In this document: one piece after another, positions 22,301 through 30,805 of the stretch
Layout: each line of letters begins with the position of its first letter
How positions within the stretch are numbered: position 1 is the stretch's first letter
IMG/VR virus record: IMGVR_UViG_3300042554_002381
Coordinates: 43,437 to 107,436 of that record
Strand: one strand, 5' to 3'
DNA: 64,000 bases
Source: a virus
Taxonomy: Duplodnaviria; Caudoviricetes
Notes under the pieces: generated by a model
Told to the model about the DNA's origin: nothing
What the model saw: the letters and a program-made list of their open reading frames with translations, nothing else
The model's database searches: none
Position numbers and translations under genes: made by a program

Positions 22301-22414
22301 GAGAAAGGTGACCCTAAGATCGCCAAGGATTTCATGGATCTTACAGGTCTGAAGAACTTCCGCGACTTGGCAGATCCCAACTACAGAATTGACATAATGA
22401 AACGCAACCAATAG
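16388..22414 (+). CDS. Large virion ejection protein with N-terminal PD-(D/E)xK nuclease domain, 2008 aa
   Basis: GTFMH...E...GRLDLL...FDFKT...QLKVY is a RecB/Cas4-like motif set. Long coiled coils and a C-terminal hydrophobic helix (AIVMAILTMVSMMALMYV) follow. Confidence 0.8.
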   Translation: MNTCPNPNSPEWKRLVDALGEGNAMTAYTLNNNETPDVYDAQRLLAGLKAEEKDEQISKSSDEFKLERAKAQLTMLQRARFNAKPLQRVTLDKLMEMNMRQQEFLRENIQLVKNGMPPKKTVSVSNFIGASDFKGDPSKYEAFKLFGTFMHEALELAQVESLTSGVAIYDVMTQEFFDNALKNYKEKYPFNIDNLTEQAMFEMARGLAMHITVFNDKGFMILPEVTITGTTKTGSMVVGRLDLLLIDSQGRVNVFDFKTKKVKRLMETNPDGTRSINVDGALVHLAEKTFTVDNKPGTEAAFKGTNRSAYDTWTLQLKVYENMLIQNGLEVNDQSIVALMYETDDDGKFEGAAIHVFDEKYYYDYAKGANVPNNNGYWKTEPTFGYQKLDSFRKTVDQQIPISEEAQAESKRKALISDLKITKEQNTALKTKIQGAITTELNDTLIQIEKLKREGNDTVLLAALETRRSTLRTYQDIVGKVTDDSELSFAYNFSNLLDTVERDVLRLSNLADNAMKNFKLSPDLAVSKEGQEILRIYQMSNSLGLVFDLLQDTITEARKNTENAFVVSELIDDRFTAIHGALNNIEAAFSYTALHNAVQVLKVPGEKIFTNVNTELKEVLELEIKKLEEQLKKLEEGKSASVLKAFKHNALMFMDSSYKKRVAEKLSQNGLEPGVLVQMENLQRQILQKKALLESGYMFNDEFLKKYIEGIRDPNAQNYAGRQGTFSGSGFFRNTYMDQFISSASNSELAISAFTIMLKNAEAEARLAIQNNFASMQFDQKRDALLQRYTVEELNDLMSEYRDHTFLNSNGELETVRRLYMSAPYTEAYKNTFKEYNLKLQIFRKEMSNLKAESHKKANTPEGPAAKQVYLDKVAEYEQYKDQYLQWMIDNAQLPYTEAFYSLQKALPQSIREELQKRYFEMETIVYDVGKGNEILLEEYDFERIQELEQEIRTLRQQAKEMSPEYAQYMDQLNDLYEYDVNINFYERMRDSAMVRYKDSHPELWEKWQKTNEVQRPTKRPELPKELTRGTNVMYQDQIWTVVTERAAGSVDLVNEDGETVVAMREDLQMLNWHEQLGLLYEAKAAIAGSDPEIQELMEERRAILRQYKVGGRLQPKFMSEDHVTRLDEIAGLIEEIMLEKRNTGMLDIQQKAQLVQISNEIKKISEKRLAQGYLDTFDEKLKILYAAQREMITAENDLATATTKADKKEIDAAQTALSKAEANFSKKEKEFRTWYNLHHNNKYQSVSTGYDVRQNALPKSYNFENLPVESLYSLYMETVPHPKYKIKRIKESAKNPDFLQSPEGIPMPKAVMQNSNGQYVIRPGFESSPNISDKYRKLMADPELFSFYNDTMTMYFDIQQKVEGRKMGYLVPGFTASTVENIARKGLVGSLNNEYQKFVENTWRTHSKIDQVDGIYGDLNGKLRHRFTEQLPEELQTRDAIGAIMKYTVEAQHNIAMQKVAPAVEQYIAYFELQLTELRKEVGTGKKFTTESGVQVNMEERVKELEEMLSILNFEKRKFLYGQSKSAAAGDRAINKKLNSALAYSSFIRIGFDLVNQTKNYISGNVQAFIAAGGLASDQYSRKDYMWAKSKVYGYGGFLHNYFADFGKIGDVSESTMLYRFFNPAQKDFLGYMNEVTGGRKRKVASHLTSIQELGFMFQDKGDTEIAVTVMYAVMNNNRYRVIAGKDAQGNPIYQKDANGEDVMIPVHEIYYKDSTGQLQRRQDVEYDQQDENRVRNIIYSEMRRTQGNYAKADQTKLEESPLGTLIMFFRKYLVPQLLNRFGFLRPNWEAGEAALGYWSAVGIVFRNYGPGYAMKHWIRGSKHMSKTNQNQLGQLLSRKMDQAGRDAIVMAILTMVSMMALMYVRKKNDEDEELSFLEGNAIRILWGVKGEATSMFPVGGGSQEYIKNFTTAVPLVREFMALQRLGSHAFYYGQAMLINGGQEPDPMYDSEYYQEIWKDAFYSRKSGVYEKGDPKIAKDFMDLTGLKNFRDLADPNYRIDIMKRNQ

Positions 22415-22445
22415 ACAAATTTTTTTTCATTATGCAGAACTCTTG

Positions 22446-22469
22446 ACAAAATTTACTATATTATTATTG
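22446..22469 (+). promoter_or_regulatory. Candidate late-operon promoter ACAAAAT-N4-TATATTATTA
   Basis: The same motif with the same spacing occurs upstream of the lysis operon (36167-36190). Confidence 0.4.
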
Positions 22470-22526
22470 ACCACTACAAGTATTCAACTTATTTTATCTA
22501 ACTCTATCTTTTAAAGTACCATAATT

Positions 22527-23807
22527 ATGGCTTCAAAATTTTTAGTGCCATTGCACTTAGTAAAGCTGTCAACAACTCCATCTAATCCTGCAACAGGATT
22601 TTTAAAGGTTTACATTAAAGGACAGTACCTTACATCTCTTGCTGATGACGGGACTGAGACAGACGTAGTTCTGGCAAGGCCTATGACAGGTTTTAGCAAC
22701 ACTGCTAATGCCGCCGCTGTTGTTTCAACAGACACCTTGCTTCAGGCTATTAACAAGCTTCAGGCTGGTTTCAGAACTTTTGAGTTGACAGGTGACGTCA
22801 CTGGTACAGGAACCTACTCAGCCAATAAGTTTACGGTTGCTACGACCATTGCACCTGATTCAGTTGCTCTTGGCACTGACACTACAGGTAACTATGTGGC
22901 AAGTATCAGCGCTGCGTCCGGTGAAGGTATCACAGTAAACAATGGCACTGGTGAAGGTAGCACGCCCACAGTAGCGCTCAAAAACGCTGCAAACTTTACA
23001 GAAAAGTATCTGCCAAGGTGGGATGATGCAAATGGTCAGTTTGTAAACAGCTTTATCTCTGAAACTGCAGGTGGAGGAACAAGAATTGAAGGACAGGGAG
23101 TAAATATTGACGGAGTACTTAATGTTGGCAGCAATCTGACAGTAACAGGAAACCTTACTGTAAACGGTACAACCACTACTGTAAACTCTGAAACTGTAAC
23201 CATTGCTGATAATATCATTCAGCTGAACAGCAACGTCAGTACTGGAGCACCTACTGAGAACGCTGGTATTGAAATCAGACGTGGTAGTTCAGCCAGTGTA
23301 CAACTTCGCTGGAATGAAACTACTGACAAGTGGCAGATAACTGAGGATGGAACAACTTTTCATGATATTGTCACATCTGCAAGTGCGCCTAACGTAACAG
23401 CAGGTCCTGGCATAACCGTAACAAGTTCTGGTAATACTGTAACAGTAAGCCACGCTGATACTTCCAGTGCAGCCAGCACTGCAAACGCTGGTGGTGGGAC
23501 TTCTGTAATTCAGAATGTTACTCTTGACACTTATGGGCACGTCACCGCGGTGTCCACAGTTGCTCTTAAATATACTACAACTGTGGGTAACGGTGCAGCT
23601 ACTTCATACACTGTCATCCACAACAAAGGCGAGGCTGCTGTAATGGTTCAGGTCTATGAAACCCCTGTTACTCAGGTTGGAGGTGCTATTACACCTGGAG
23701 CTTATGCTCAGGTTGATTGTGACGTTGTAATTGTTGATGAGGATAGCGTTACGCTTTCTTTTGCAATTGCACCTTCAAACAATCAATATACAGTAGTGAT
23801 TATCTAA
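22527..23807 (+). CDS. Tail fibre protein
   Basis: Thr/Gly/Val-rich. LTGDVTG, GNLTVNGTTTTVNS, RWNETTDKW and DTYGHVT motifs are typical of phage fibres. Confidence 0.8.
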   Translation: MASKFLVPLHLVKLSTTPSNPATGFLKVYIKGQYLTSLADDGTETDVVLARPMTGFSNTANAAAVVSTDTLLQAINKLQAGFRTFELTGDVTGTGTYSANKFTVATTIAPDSVALGTDTTGNYVASISAASGEGITVNNGTGEGSTPTVALKNAANFTEKYLPRWDDANGQFVNSFISETAGGGTRIEGQGVNIDGVLNVGSNLTVTGNLTVNGTTTTVNSETVTIADNIIQLNSNVSTGAPTENAGIEIRRGSSASVQLRWNETTDKWQITEDGTTFHDIVTSASAPNVTAGPGITVTSSGNTVTVSHADTSSAASTANAGGGTSVIQNVTLDTYGHVTAVSTVALKYTTTVGNGAATSYTVIHNKGEAAVMVQVYETPVTQVGGAITPGAYAQVDCDVVIVDEDSVTLSFAIAPSNNQYTVVII

Positions 23808-23840
23808 GCATAATAAACGCTAAACCAACAGCATTATATT

Positions 23841-24410
23841 ATGAGTCGCAGAGTTGAAACAGACTTGCTTGTCAGAGGAGGGTTGGAGGTACATACAGTG
23901 CCTGCCCAAGCATCCGCGGCAAGCAAGTTTCTTACTCTTGATGCCGCGGTAGCCACTGTAAAATATAGAACTGCAGCTCAAATGTTAACAGACATTGGAG
24001 CTGCAGCTGCTACTATAACTCTGGATGATGTACTCAGCAATGGCAACATTTCAACTGAGTCTATTACAGTAGGTGGTCTTGCAGTAAATGGTTCTGTAGC
24101 TTTTCCAAACATTGCTGGTGGAGTATTAAAAGTTGATGCAAATGGAAATGTTTTTAGTGATGCAACACAAACTATTGACATTACAGATTATAATTACGAC
24201 ATTATAGGTGCTAGAGATGGTGCCAACAAACTGTTCAAGCTACGTTTTTCATACATTGAAAATACCACAAAAGTCTTTTTAAACGGTGTAAGACTCACAT
24301 TAGGTTTAAATTATGACTATGATGAAACATTACCTGACGCAATATTTTTCAATGTTGCACCTGTGAGTGCAGATTTGATTACTGTAGATTATAAAATAAC
24401 AGTGCCATAA
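23841..24410 (+). CDS. Tail fibre-associated protein with C-terminal beta-sandwich domain
   Basis: The DGxNxxF...VFLNGV...DY...VDY domain is shared with the 24453 protein. Confidence 0.7.
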   Translation: MSRRVETDLLVRGGLEVHTVPAQASAASKFLTLDAAVATVKYRTAAQMLTDIGAAAATITLDDVLSNGNISTESITVGGLAVNGSVAFPNIAGGVLKVDANGNVFSDATQTIDITDYNYDIIGARDGANKLFKLRFSYIENTTKVFLNGVRLTLGLNYDYDETLPDAIFFNVAPVSADLITVDYKITVP

Positions 24411-24452
24411 ACAATTTCAACTTTTAACCCAACCCCTTAAAAATACTTACCC

Positions 24453-26300
24453 ATGCCAATTACACTAATTAGAAAAAGTCAACTTGTCAACTTAGGCATT
24501 GTTGACGCAGATGTTGCCGCAAACGCTGCGATAGCAACATCAAAGCTTGCTGATGGTGCCAACTTTATCAAAAGAGACGGCTCTGTAGCAATGACAGGCG
24601 CCCTTGCAATGGGCAACCAAAAAATCACAGGTCTTGCGACCCCCACTGCGGCATCAGATGCTGCTACCAAAGGTTATGTTGACGGTCTGGCAGCAGGTTT
24701 AGACATTAAAGCTTCAGTACGTGCAGCTTCTACTGCAAACATTACTTTTTCTGTACCAGGATATGAAGCGACCGAAGGAGCATCAGGTCGCGGTAGAATA
24801 TCAGGCGCACCAAATACTCTTGACGGAGTAACTCTTGCTGCAGGCAATAGGATTTTAATCAAAAATCAAACATCTGGTGCTGCAAACGGTATATACGTTG
24901 TCACAACAGTAGGCACAGGAACTAATGGTGTTTGGGATAGAGCTACTGATTTTGATGAAGATACAGAAGTTACAGCAGGTGCTTTTGTCTTTGTTGAAGA
25001 CGGTACTGTAAATGCTGATTCTGGATGGGTTCTTAGTACCAATAATCCTATTACAATAGGTGGTGCAAGTGGAACTGCTTTGTCGTTTGAACAATTTTCA
25101 GGTGCTGGTCAAATAACTGCTGGCAATGGTCTTACCAAGACTGGCAACACTATTAACGCAGTAGGTACAGCTGACAGAATTTCTGTAACTGCTGACGCAA
25201 TTGATATTGCTTCTACTTATGTAGGTCAAGCAAGTATTACCACTGTAGGTACAATTTCATCAGGTACATGGCAAGGCACTCAGATTACTGACACATATCT
25301 TGCTGGTATTTCTGGATCTAAAGTAACTGGTAATATTAGTGGCAACGCAGGCAACGTAACTGGAACTGTTGCTGTCGGTAACGGTGGTACTGGTGCAACA
25401 TCTTTGACAGGTGTAGTAATTGGTAATGGCACTAACGCAATGTCAGCCGTTACAGGCACAGCAAATCAAGTACTGCGTCGTAATGCTGGAAACACAGCAT
25501 ATGAATTTGCTACACTAGATGCGTCAAGTGTAGGAGCACTTTCAAGTTCTACCAGTTCTACACAAAATGGTTATTTTGGAGACATTTATCTGTATGATGA
25601 TGGCACTCCATCAAATTACCTTCAAATTACTAATTCTGCAAATCTAACTGCAGCAACGACTCTTTCTTTAAATGTAACTGCTAACGCTACACTTGCAATG
25701 GCTGCTAACTTGACAGTTAGTGCAACAGCAAGTGTATCTGGAACCAACACTGGTGACCAGACAATTACGTTGACAGGTGATGTAACTGGTTCTGGTACAG
25801 GTTCTTTTGCTGCTACAATTGCAAATAATGCAGTGACTTATGCAAAATTTCAACAGGTTGCAGGATTATCTGTTGTAGGTAACGCTACAAACGCAGCGGC
25901 AAATGCTGCAAATATTACAGCAGCAAATGACCATCAGGTGTTGCGTCGTAGTGGAACAGGTATTGGATTTGGTGCAATCAACCTTGCGTCTGGCAACGCT
26001 GTTACAGGTTTATTGCCTGTGGCAAACATAGTTACCGCTGCTAGCGGTGTAGTTGCCATTACAAATTACACTGTAAGAGCAACACCTGGTGGAACTGTCG
26101 ATGGAACTAATGCCACATTTACACTTGGAACTACTCCTGTAAGTGGTACGGAAATGGTTTTTGTAAACGGTGTTTTACAAAACGCAGGTTCAGGTAATGA
26201 CTACACGATCAGTGGAGCCACTATTACATTTTTGTCAGGTGCAATTCCACAAACAGGTGATATTGTTCGTGTGACATACATCAGAAATGATGCTGCGTAA
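24453..26300 (+). CDS. Tail fibre protein (gpH-like head segment)
   Basis: DAATKGYVD, LDIKASVRAAST, RILIKNQ..NGIY and GGTGAT repeats, plus the C-terminal VFVNGVLQ..DYT domain. Confidence 0.85.
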   Translation: MPITLIRKSQLVNLGIVDADVAANAAIATSKLADGANFIKRDGSVAMTGALAMGNQKITGLATPTAASDAATKGYVDGLAAGLDIKASVRAASTANITFSVPGYEATEGASGRGRISGAPNTLDGVTLAAGNRILIKNQTSGAANGIYVVTTVGTGTNGVWDRATDFDEDTEVTAGAFVFVEDGTVNADSGWVLSTNNPITIGGASGTALSFEQFSGAGQITAGNGLTKTGNTINAVGTADRISVTADAIDIASTYVGQASITTVGTISSGTWQGTQITDTYLAGISGSKVTGNISGNAGNVTGTVAVGNGGTGATSLTGVVIGNGTNAMSAVTGTANQVLRRNAGNTAYEFATLDASSVGALSSSTSSTQNGYFGDIYLYDDGTPSNYLQITNSANLTAATTLSLNVTANATLAMAANLTVSATASVSGTNTGDQTITLTGDVTGSGTGSFAATIANNAVTYAKFQQVAGLSVVGNATNAAANAANITAANDHQVLRRSGTGIGFGAINLASGNAVTGLLPVANIVTAASGVVAITNYTVRATPGGTVDGTNATFTLGTTPVSGTEMVFVNGVLQNAGSGNDYTISGATITFLSGAIPQTGDIVRVTYIRNDAA

Positions 26301-26356
26301 TTTAGATTAAATTTTTTTACAGAAATAACTTAGTAATAACTGCAAAACCATAAAGC

Positions 26357-26599
26357 ATGCCAGTAACCACCTTAAGAGGACGTCAAGTTTTAGACGGTGA
26401 CATTACCAGAGCTGACGTAAATACTAGCACAGCTGGTTCTGCGGTTATTACTAAAGTTATTGCTGGAACAGGTATATCAATCAGCTCAACAGGAGCTGAT
26501 GCAGGCACCGGCGATGTAACGATCAGCGCGTCAGGTAATTATCTCACAACTGAAGATGCTACTGCGCTGATGATTGCATATGCTGTTGCATTGTCTTAA
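26357..26599 (+). CDS. Small tail fibre adaptor-like protein
   Basis: The N-terminus resembles that of the 24453 protein. VIAGTGISIS fibre motif and C-terminal IAYAVAL. Confidence 0.6.
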   Translation: MPVTTLRGRQVLDGDITRADVNTSTAGSAVITKVIAGTGISISSTGADAGTGDVTISASGNYLTTEDATALMIAYAVALS

Positions 26600-26608
26600 A
26601 CAGAACTA

Positions 26609-27085
26609 ATGAAAACACTGATAACAAACTACACTTTTGATGCGTCAGCAAAGACGATAAGTTTTGATGATTACACTGGTATTGATCTAAACAGAGTACT
26701 GTTGATCACCAATGTGACAACAAATACTATTATATATAACTTTGCCAACTCTCTTCTGGGAGGTTCTGTTTCAGGAAATGTGCTTACACTGACATACAAT
26801 ACAACAAGTATGTCAGACACAGACACTCTTCAGATTTATTATGATACTGAGTATATTCCAGCAAGTGACCAGCTTTTGAATGCTCTTTATGACATGGTTA
26901 AACATTTGGAAGTCCTTTCTTATTCAAAAGGTACTTTTGCAGATATAAGGGTAACACCGACAGTAACACCAAACATGAGCACACTTTCTAACATTAGCTC
27001 TCTTGGTGGCTACTCTGCAGGTTCCTTAATGAAGGATCTTGACAACCTTTCAGCAATCAACTCAAACATCAACAACGTCAACTAA
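26609..27085 (+). CDS. Tail/baseplate-associated structural protein
   Basis: The YTFDAS...LLITNVT...IYNFA...LTYNTTSM...LQIYYD pattern is common in phage tail modules. Confidence 0.65.
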   Translation: MKTLITNYTFDASAKTISFDDYTGIDLNRVLLITNVTTNTIIYNFANSLLGGSVSGNVLTLTYNTTSMSDTDTLQIYYDTEYIPASDQLLNALYDMVKHLEVLSYSKGTFADIRVTPTVTPNMSTLSNISSLGGYSAGSLMKDLDNLSAINSNINNVN

Positions 27086-27087
27086 CA

Positions 27088-28503
27088 ATGGCTATACAAA
27101 ATAACAAGCCGCTTTTGCACCGCAAGGAGTGGCAAATGATGACTCCCTGCCCAGTGTCTACAGGTGCTGGTGTTTTTATGGTAAAAGACCCAGCAGGAGT
27201 AAGACGCACTGCTCTTTTGGTTGCTAGTACCACTTCTCAGTGGCTTTATGATGTAAACCAGGATGCCTGGCAACAAATACCATCAATGGCACTTGCAGGA
27301 ACATTTGCTGCCGGTGCATGTGGGTCTTGGGCGTTGTGGTCAAACACGCTTACTGCAACAGGAGGAACTACTACAACCATCACTCTTACAGGTACAATTA
27401 CAGGAAAGCTAGACGGGCGAACTGTATGGTTTCAAACAGGAACCAATCAAAACGCAAGAGTGGTAATTGACACTGTTAGAATAAATCCTGGTGGAACCCA
27501 TACTATATTTTTAAAGACTGCATTGCCAAACGCAGTAGCAAACGGACATACGTTCAAAATTGACTCCGGTGTATACTACGTCTTAAATGCTTACACTTCA
27601 GTAGCAACAGGTGTGTTTAAGTCATACGATGTTGCTACAGGAACCGTCACTTCACTGACAACCACAAACTTGCCAGCTTCTTGGGGTACTGACGGAAGAA
27701 TTGTCTCAACGCCTTCAAACGTAGGTGCTTTTGTTTCTGGAACAGCTACTGCTTCAACTTCAACCACTTTGGTAAATTCATCAAAAAGCTGGACAGTGAA
27801 CCAGTGGTCAAACTACCAGGTTACAATAACTTCAGGCACAGGTGCTGGACAAACAAGAACAATATCATCTAATACTTCTACAACCCTTACAGTGTCCGCG
27901 GCATGGACTGTAACACCTGATTCAACTTCAGTTTACACAATAGAAGGCAATGATGACTTCCTGTACATTTTAGGAAATGGAGCTGTCACCATGTACAGGT
28001 ACAGCATTTCTGCAAATACGATTACAGCTTTATCTCCTACAGCAGCAAGATCTTCTGCACCAGGCGCAGGAATGGGTGCCAACTGGATAGCAAACACTGG
28101 CATATCAACCTGGACAAATGAAAATGACTTTCTTGATGGAAGATTTATTTATTCTTTCAGAGGTGCAGGTACATCTACTTTACAACGTTATGACATTGCA
28201 CTGAACACTTGGTCAGACGTGGCTTATGCGCGTCAACAAGAAACATTCAACACAGGAAGCTCGTTTGATGCTGATGGTAGAAGAATATACGCTAGCAAAG
28301 AAAATATAGGCAGGATACTTTTTATTGATGTGACAGACAATGAAATGACAGGTTTTAGTACAGACTTTTATCCTCAGTCAACAGCAGTAGTTGGTGACAA
28401 GACTTTTACAGTTTCATACAACGATGGGTCTGGACAAGAAATCAAGTGGCTTTATTATATTGGAAACACCACAAACATCCTCAGAAGGATTATGATATTT
28501 TAA
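27088..28503 (+). CDS. Putative receptor-binding protein, Kelch-like beta-propeller with inserted beta domains
   Basis: Repeated YDV..W / YDI..W blade ends. GTGAGQTRTISSNT insert and a related GTNQNARVVI insert. Confidence 0.6.
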   Translation: MAIQNNKPLLHRKEWQMMTPCPVSTGAGVFMVKDPAGVRRTALLVASTTSQWLYDVNQDAWQQIPSMALAGTFAAGACGSWALWSNTLTATGGTTTTITLTGTITGKLDGRTVWFQTGTNQNARVVIDTVRINPGGTHTIFLKTALPNAVANGHTFKIDSGVYYVLNAYTSVATGVFKSYDVATGTVTSLTTTNLPASWGTDGRIVSTPSNVGAFVSGTATASTSTTLVNSSKSWTVNQWSNYQVTITSGTGAGQTRTISSNTSTTLTVSAAWTVTPDSTSVYTIEGNDDFLYILGNGAVTMYRYSISANTITALSPTAARSSAPGAGMGANWIANTGISTWTNENDFLDGRFIYSFRGAGTSTLQRYDIALNTWSDVAYARQQETFNTGSSFDADGRRIYASKENIGRILFIDVTDNEMTGFSTDFYPQSTAVVGDKTFTVSYNDGSGQEIKWLYYIGNTTNILRRIMIF

Positions 28504-28505
28504 CC

Positions 28506-28685
28506 ATGGGCAACACTGAAAAAATAGAATTTCTTCAAAAAAGGTTGCTGTTTCTAAACACGTGCCTTGCAGGTTTTATGCAGATAGGTGACGTGTCAGA
28601 AGTAGAACGTCATCACATTATGATTGATCAGGCGCAAACAGAACTCTCAGAGCTCATTAAAATAGAAGAAAATGCAGATAGGTAA
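28506..28685 (+). CDS. Hypothetical protein (59 aa)
   Basis: ATG 2 nt after the previous stop; overlaps the start of the next gene. Confidence 0.55.
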   Translation: MGNTEKIEFLQKRLLFLNTCLAGFMQIGDVSEVERHHIMIDQAQTELSELIKIEENADR

Positions 28686-28869
28686 TCAAAACTATCCATG
28701 GACAGACAGTGTTCTGGGTTTTAAGATTCCAGAGTATGATGCCATTGATCTCACCTACAGTGGAGATCATATTACAACTGTAACCTATAAAAAAGCAGGT
28801 GTTGTTGTAAGAGTTCTGACTTTAACATACAATAGTGGCAAATTGACAAATATTACTCAGACAGCATGA
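28672..28869 (+). CDS. Small tail-associated protein
   Basis: YDAIDLTY..TVTYK..LTLTY beta-rich pattern. ATGA overlap with the next gene. Confidence 0.6.
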   Translation: MQIGNQNYPWTDSVLGFKIPEYDAIDLTYSGDHITTVTYKKAGVVVRVLTLTYNSGKLTNITQTA

Positions 28870-30428
28870 CCACAGTTGTATTTAATCCATTATCTGGAAA
28901 GTTTGATCTTATCAATGTCATTGACCCAAATGATCAAATTCTTTCTACAAGAGCAAATGATGTAGCAACAGGTGCTGCTCAAATCTATTTGAACGGTGCC
29001 AGTGGTAACAGAATTGACTTTAATGCAAATGGTACATCTGCGCCAACATTTACAACCAGAAGTACTGGTACTAAAATAGTATTAAATCCTTCAATAACTA
29101 CTACCTCTGTAGATACAGCAATTGGCTACTTGAGTGATGCAGGTGGTCCTGCAATGTGGTTTTCAATGGTAAGTAATATCAGTGGGCGCTTTGCTTTCTT
29201 TGGTGGTCAAACAGAAGTTTTCAGAATAGCTGCTACAGGGCAAATTCAACTCTCTGCAGGCACAGCTGCATTACCTGTAATATCCGCAGGTTTGGCAAAC
29301 AGCGGTGATTCAAATACTGGTATTTATTTTCCAGCTGCAGACACCATAGGTTTTGTTGAAGGAGGCGTTGAAGCAATGCGTTTAGATGCTAATGCAAGAT
29401 TGAATTTAACTGCTGGCACCGCTGCAAATCCTATTATCAACGCTGGTCTAAATAGTTCTGACACTGACACTGGTATATATTTTCCAGCTGCAAATTCTGT
29501 ATCTATTTCTACAGGTGGAACAGAACGTTTCAACGTTAACAGTAGTGGTATTCCTACATTTACTTATTCTGATAATACTTTTCAAGGTATCAACATTAGA
29601 AATACGTCAAATACTTCTAATGCACTGAATGGTTTGACCATTTATGATTCTGCTAATACATCAGTTGGTCAGTTTAATTATGTAAACAGTGTTTTTGCAA
29701 ACGGTGCTTTACAAAATACAGTATTAATCAACAGTGTTGGTAATGTAAAGTTAGGTTTTGTGGCTAGCAGCAACATTTCTGCTAGCACAAATTCTGACAT
29801 TTACTTTCAAGCAGGATCAACAACAGCTGGAAGAATGATCTATGTAGCAGGTCAAGCTGCTATGGTAGGCATTGGAATGGGTGCTACAGTACCTTCTGCA
29901 GCAAGATTGCAAGTAAGAGGTTCAGGATCTACATCATCAACAACGACATTACATGTAGAAAACTCAGCAGCCACTGCTAGTTTGACAATCATGGATGATG
30001 GTCAGATTAGGGTAGGAGCCGGTTCAGTGTCACTTCCAGTAATATCAGCAGGCTTAAACAGTTCTGACACAAACACCGGCATATACTTTCCAGCAGCTGA
30101 TGCAATTGCTTTTGCAACAAATGGAATAAGAAGAGTAAGAATGGACAACACAGGTGTTGGTGTTCATACGGATCCTTCAGCGCATATACATTTGTCTACA
30201 GATCCTGCCACAAGCAAATGGCTCAGAATTGATGCTACAAGAAACGCGCTGGCTCCAGATGAAAGAAACAACGGTGCACCTGATACTGGTGTAGGATCAC
30301 TTGTAAATAATGGTAAGTATCTTGCTGAACCTAATTATTGGATGGAAATATACTTAGGAACAGTCAAAGTGTTAGTGCCTTGCTATACAGAAGGATGTGG
30401 CAACTGTCAATTGCCAGGAGATCCATAA
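28866..30428 (+). CDS. Tail fibre protein with three internal DTNTGIYFPAAD repeats
   Basis: N-terminal FNPLSGKFD anchor, TxGxERxR motifs, and a ~32-aa unit present three times. Confidence 0.8.
   Translation: MTTVVFNPLSGKFDLINVIDPNDQILSTRANDVATGAAQIYLNGASGNRIDFNANGTSAPTFTTRSTGTKIVLNPSITTTSVDTAIGYLSDAGGPAMWFSMVSNISGRFAFFGGQTEVFRIAATGQIQLSAGTAALPVISAGLANSGDSNTGIYFPAADTIGFVEGGVEAMRLDANARLNLTAGTAANPIINAGLNSSDTDTGIYFPAANSVSISTGGTERFNVNSSGIPTFTYSDNTFQGINIRNTSNTSNALNGLTIYDSANTSVGQFNYVNSVFANGALQNTVLINSVGNVKLGFVASSNISASTNSDIYFQAGSTTAGRMIYVAGQAAMVGIGMGATVPSAARLQVRGSGSTSSTTTLHVENSAATASLTIMDDGQIRVGAGSVSLPVISAGLNSSDTNTGIYFPAADAIAFATNGIRRVRMDNTGVGVHTDPSAHIHLSTDPATSKWLRIDATRNALAPDERNNGAPDTGVGSLVNNGKYLAEPNYWMEIYLGTVKVLVPCYTEGCGNCQLPGDP
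29256..30113 (+). repeat. Three ~100-bp imperfect coding repeats (about 29256-29353, 29412-29507, 30018-30113)
   Basis: AGTAALPVISAGLANSGDSNTGIYFPAADTIGF / AGTAANPIINAGLNSSDTDTGIYFPAANSVSI / AGSVSLPVISAGLNSSDTNTGIYFPAADAIAF. Confidence 0.85.
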
Positions 30429-30456
30429 ACCTTAGTTAATTTTTAAAAACACAAAC

Positions 30457-30789
30457 ATGGCTTTACAAGCAACATCATCTCTTAAGTATAATCATGGAAC
30501 TTATGAGAGCCCATATTTTCGCCTGGTGTTACACCTGAGCATCAACGGTAATGAAACACCTGTAGACTGCATGATGTACTCTTCCAAAGAAGATTACACA
30601 GATAATGCAGTTCCTATTACAGTGCTACCGTTTTATATTGCAAATCAAGAACTGAGTGCATCAAACAATGCTGACGGAGTTGTTAACAAGTTTCTGCTTG
30701 AAGTAACCAAAAGAACAAAGTTTCTGTTAGAAGAAATGTTTTCAGGTGCAACTTTTGAAATTACAGGAATCCCTTTAGAGGGAGAGTAA
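30457..30789 (+). CDS. Putative tail fibre assembly chaperone
   Basis: 110-aa acidic ORF starting MALQ, directly after a fibre gene. Confidence 0.5.
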   Translation: MALQATSSLKYNHGTYESPYFRLVLHLSINGNETPVDCMMYSSKEDYTDNAVPITVLPFYIANQELSASNNADGVVNKFLLEVTKRTKFLLEEMFSGATFEITGIPLEGE

Positions 30790-30805
30790 CTAATCCAATA
30801 ACTCA

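Noticed and set aside
719-22352. Many 60-180 aa antisense or alternate-frame ORFs inside the giant genes (and within nrdA, polB and others)
   Set aside because: These are shadow ORFs with no recognisable motifs, explained by codon bias on the coding strand.
29256-30113. DGR template/variable repeat pair in the tail fibre
   Set aside because: All copies are in-frame coding, the differences are not confined to adenines, and there is no reverse transcriptase in the window.
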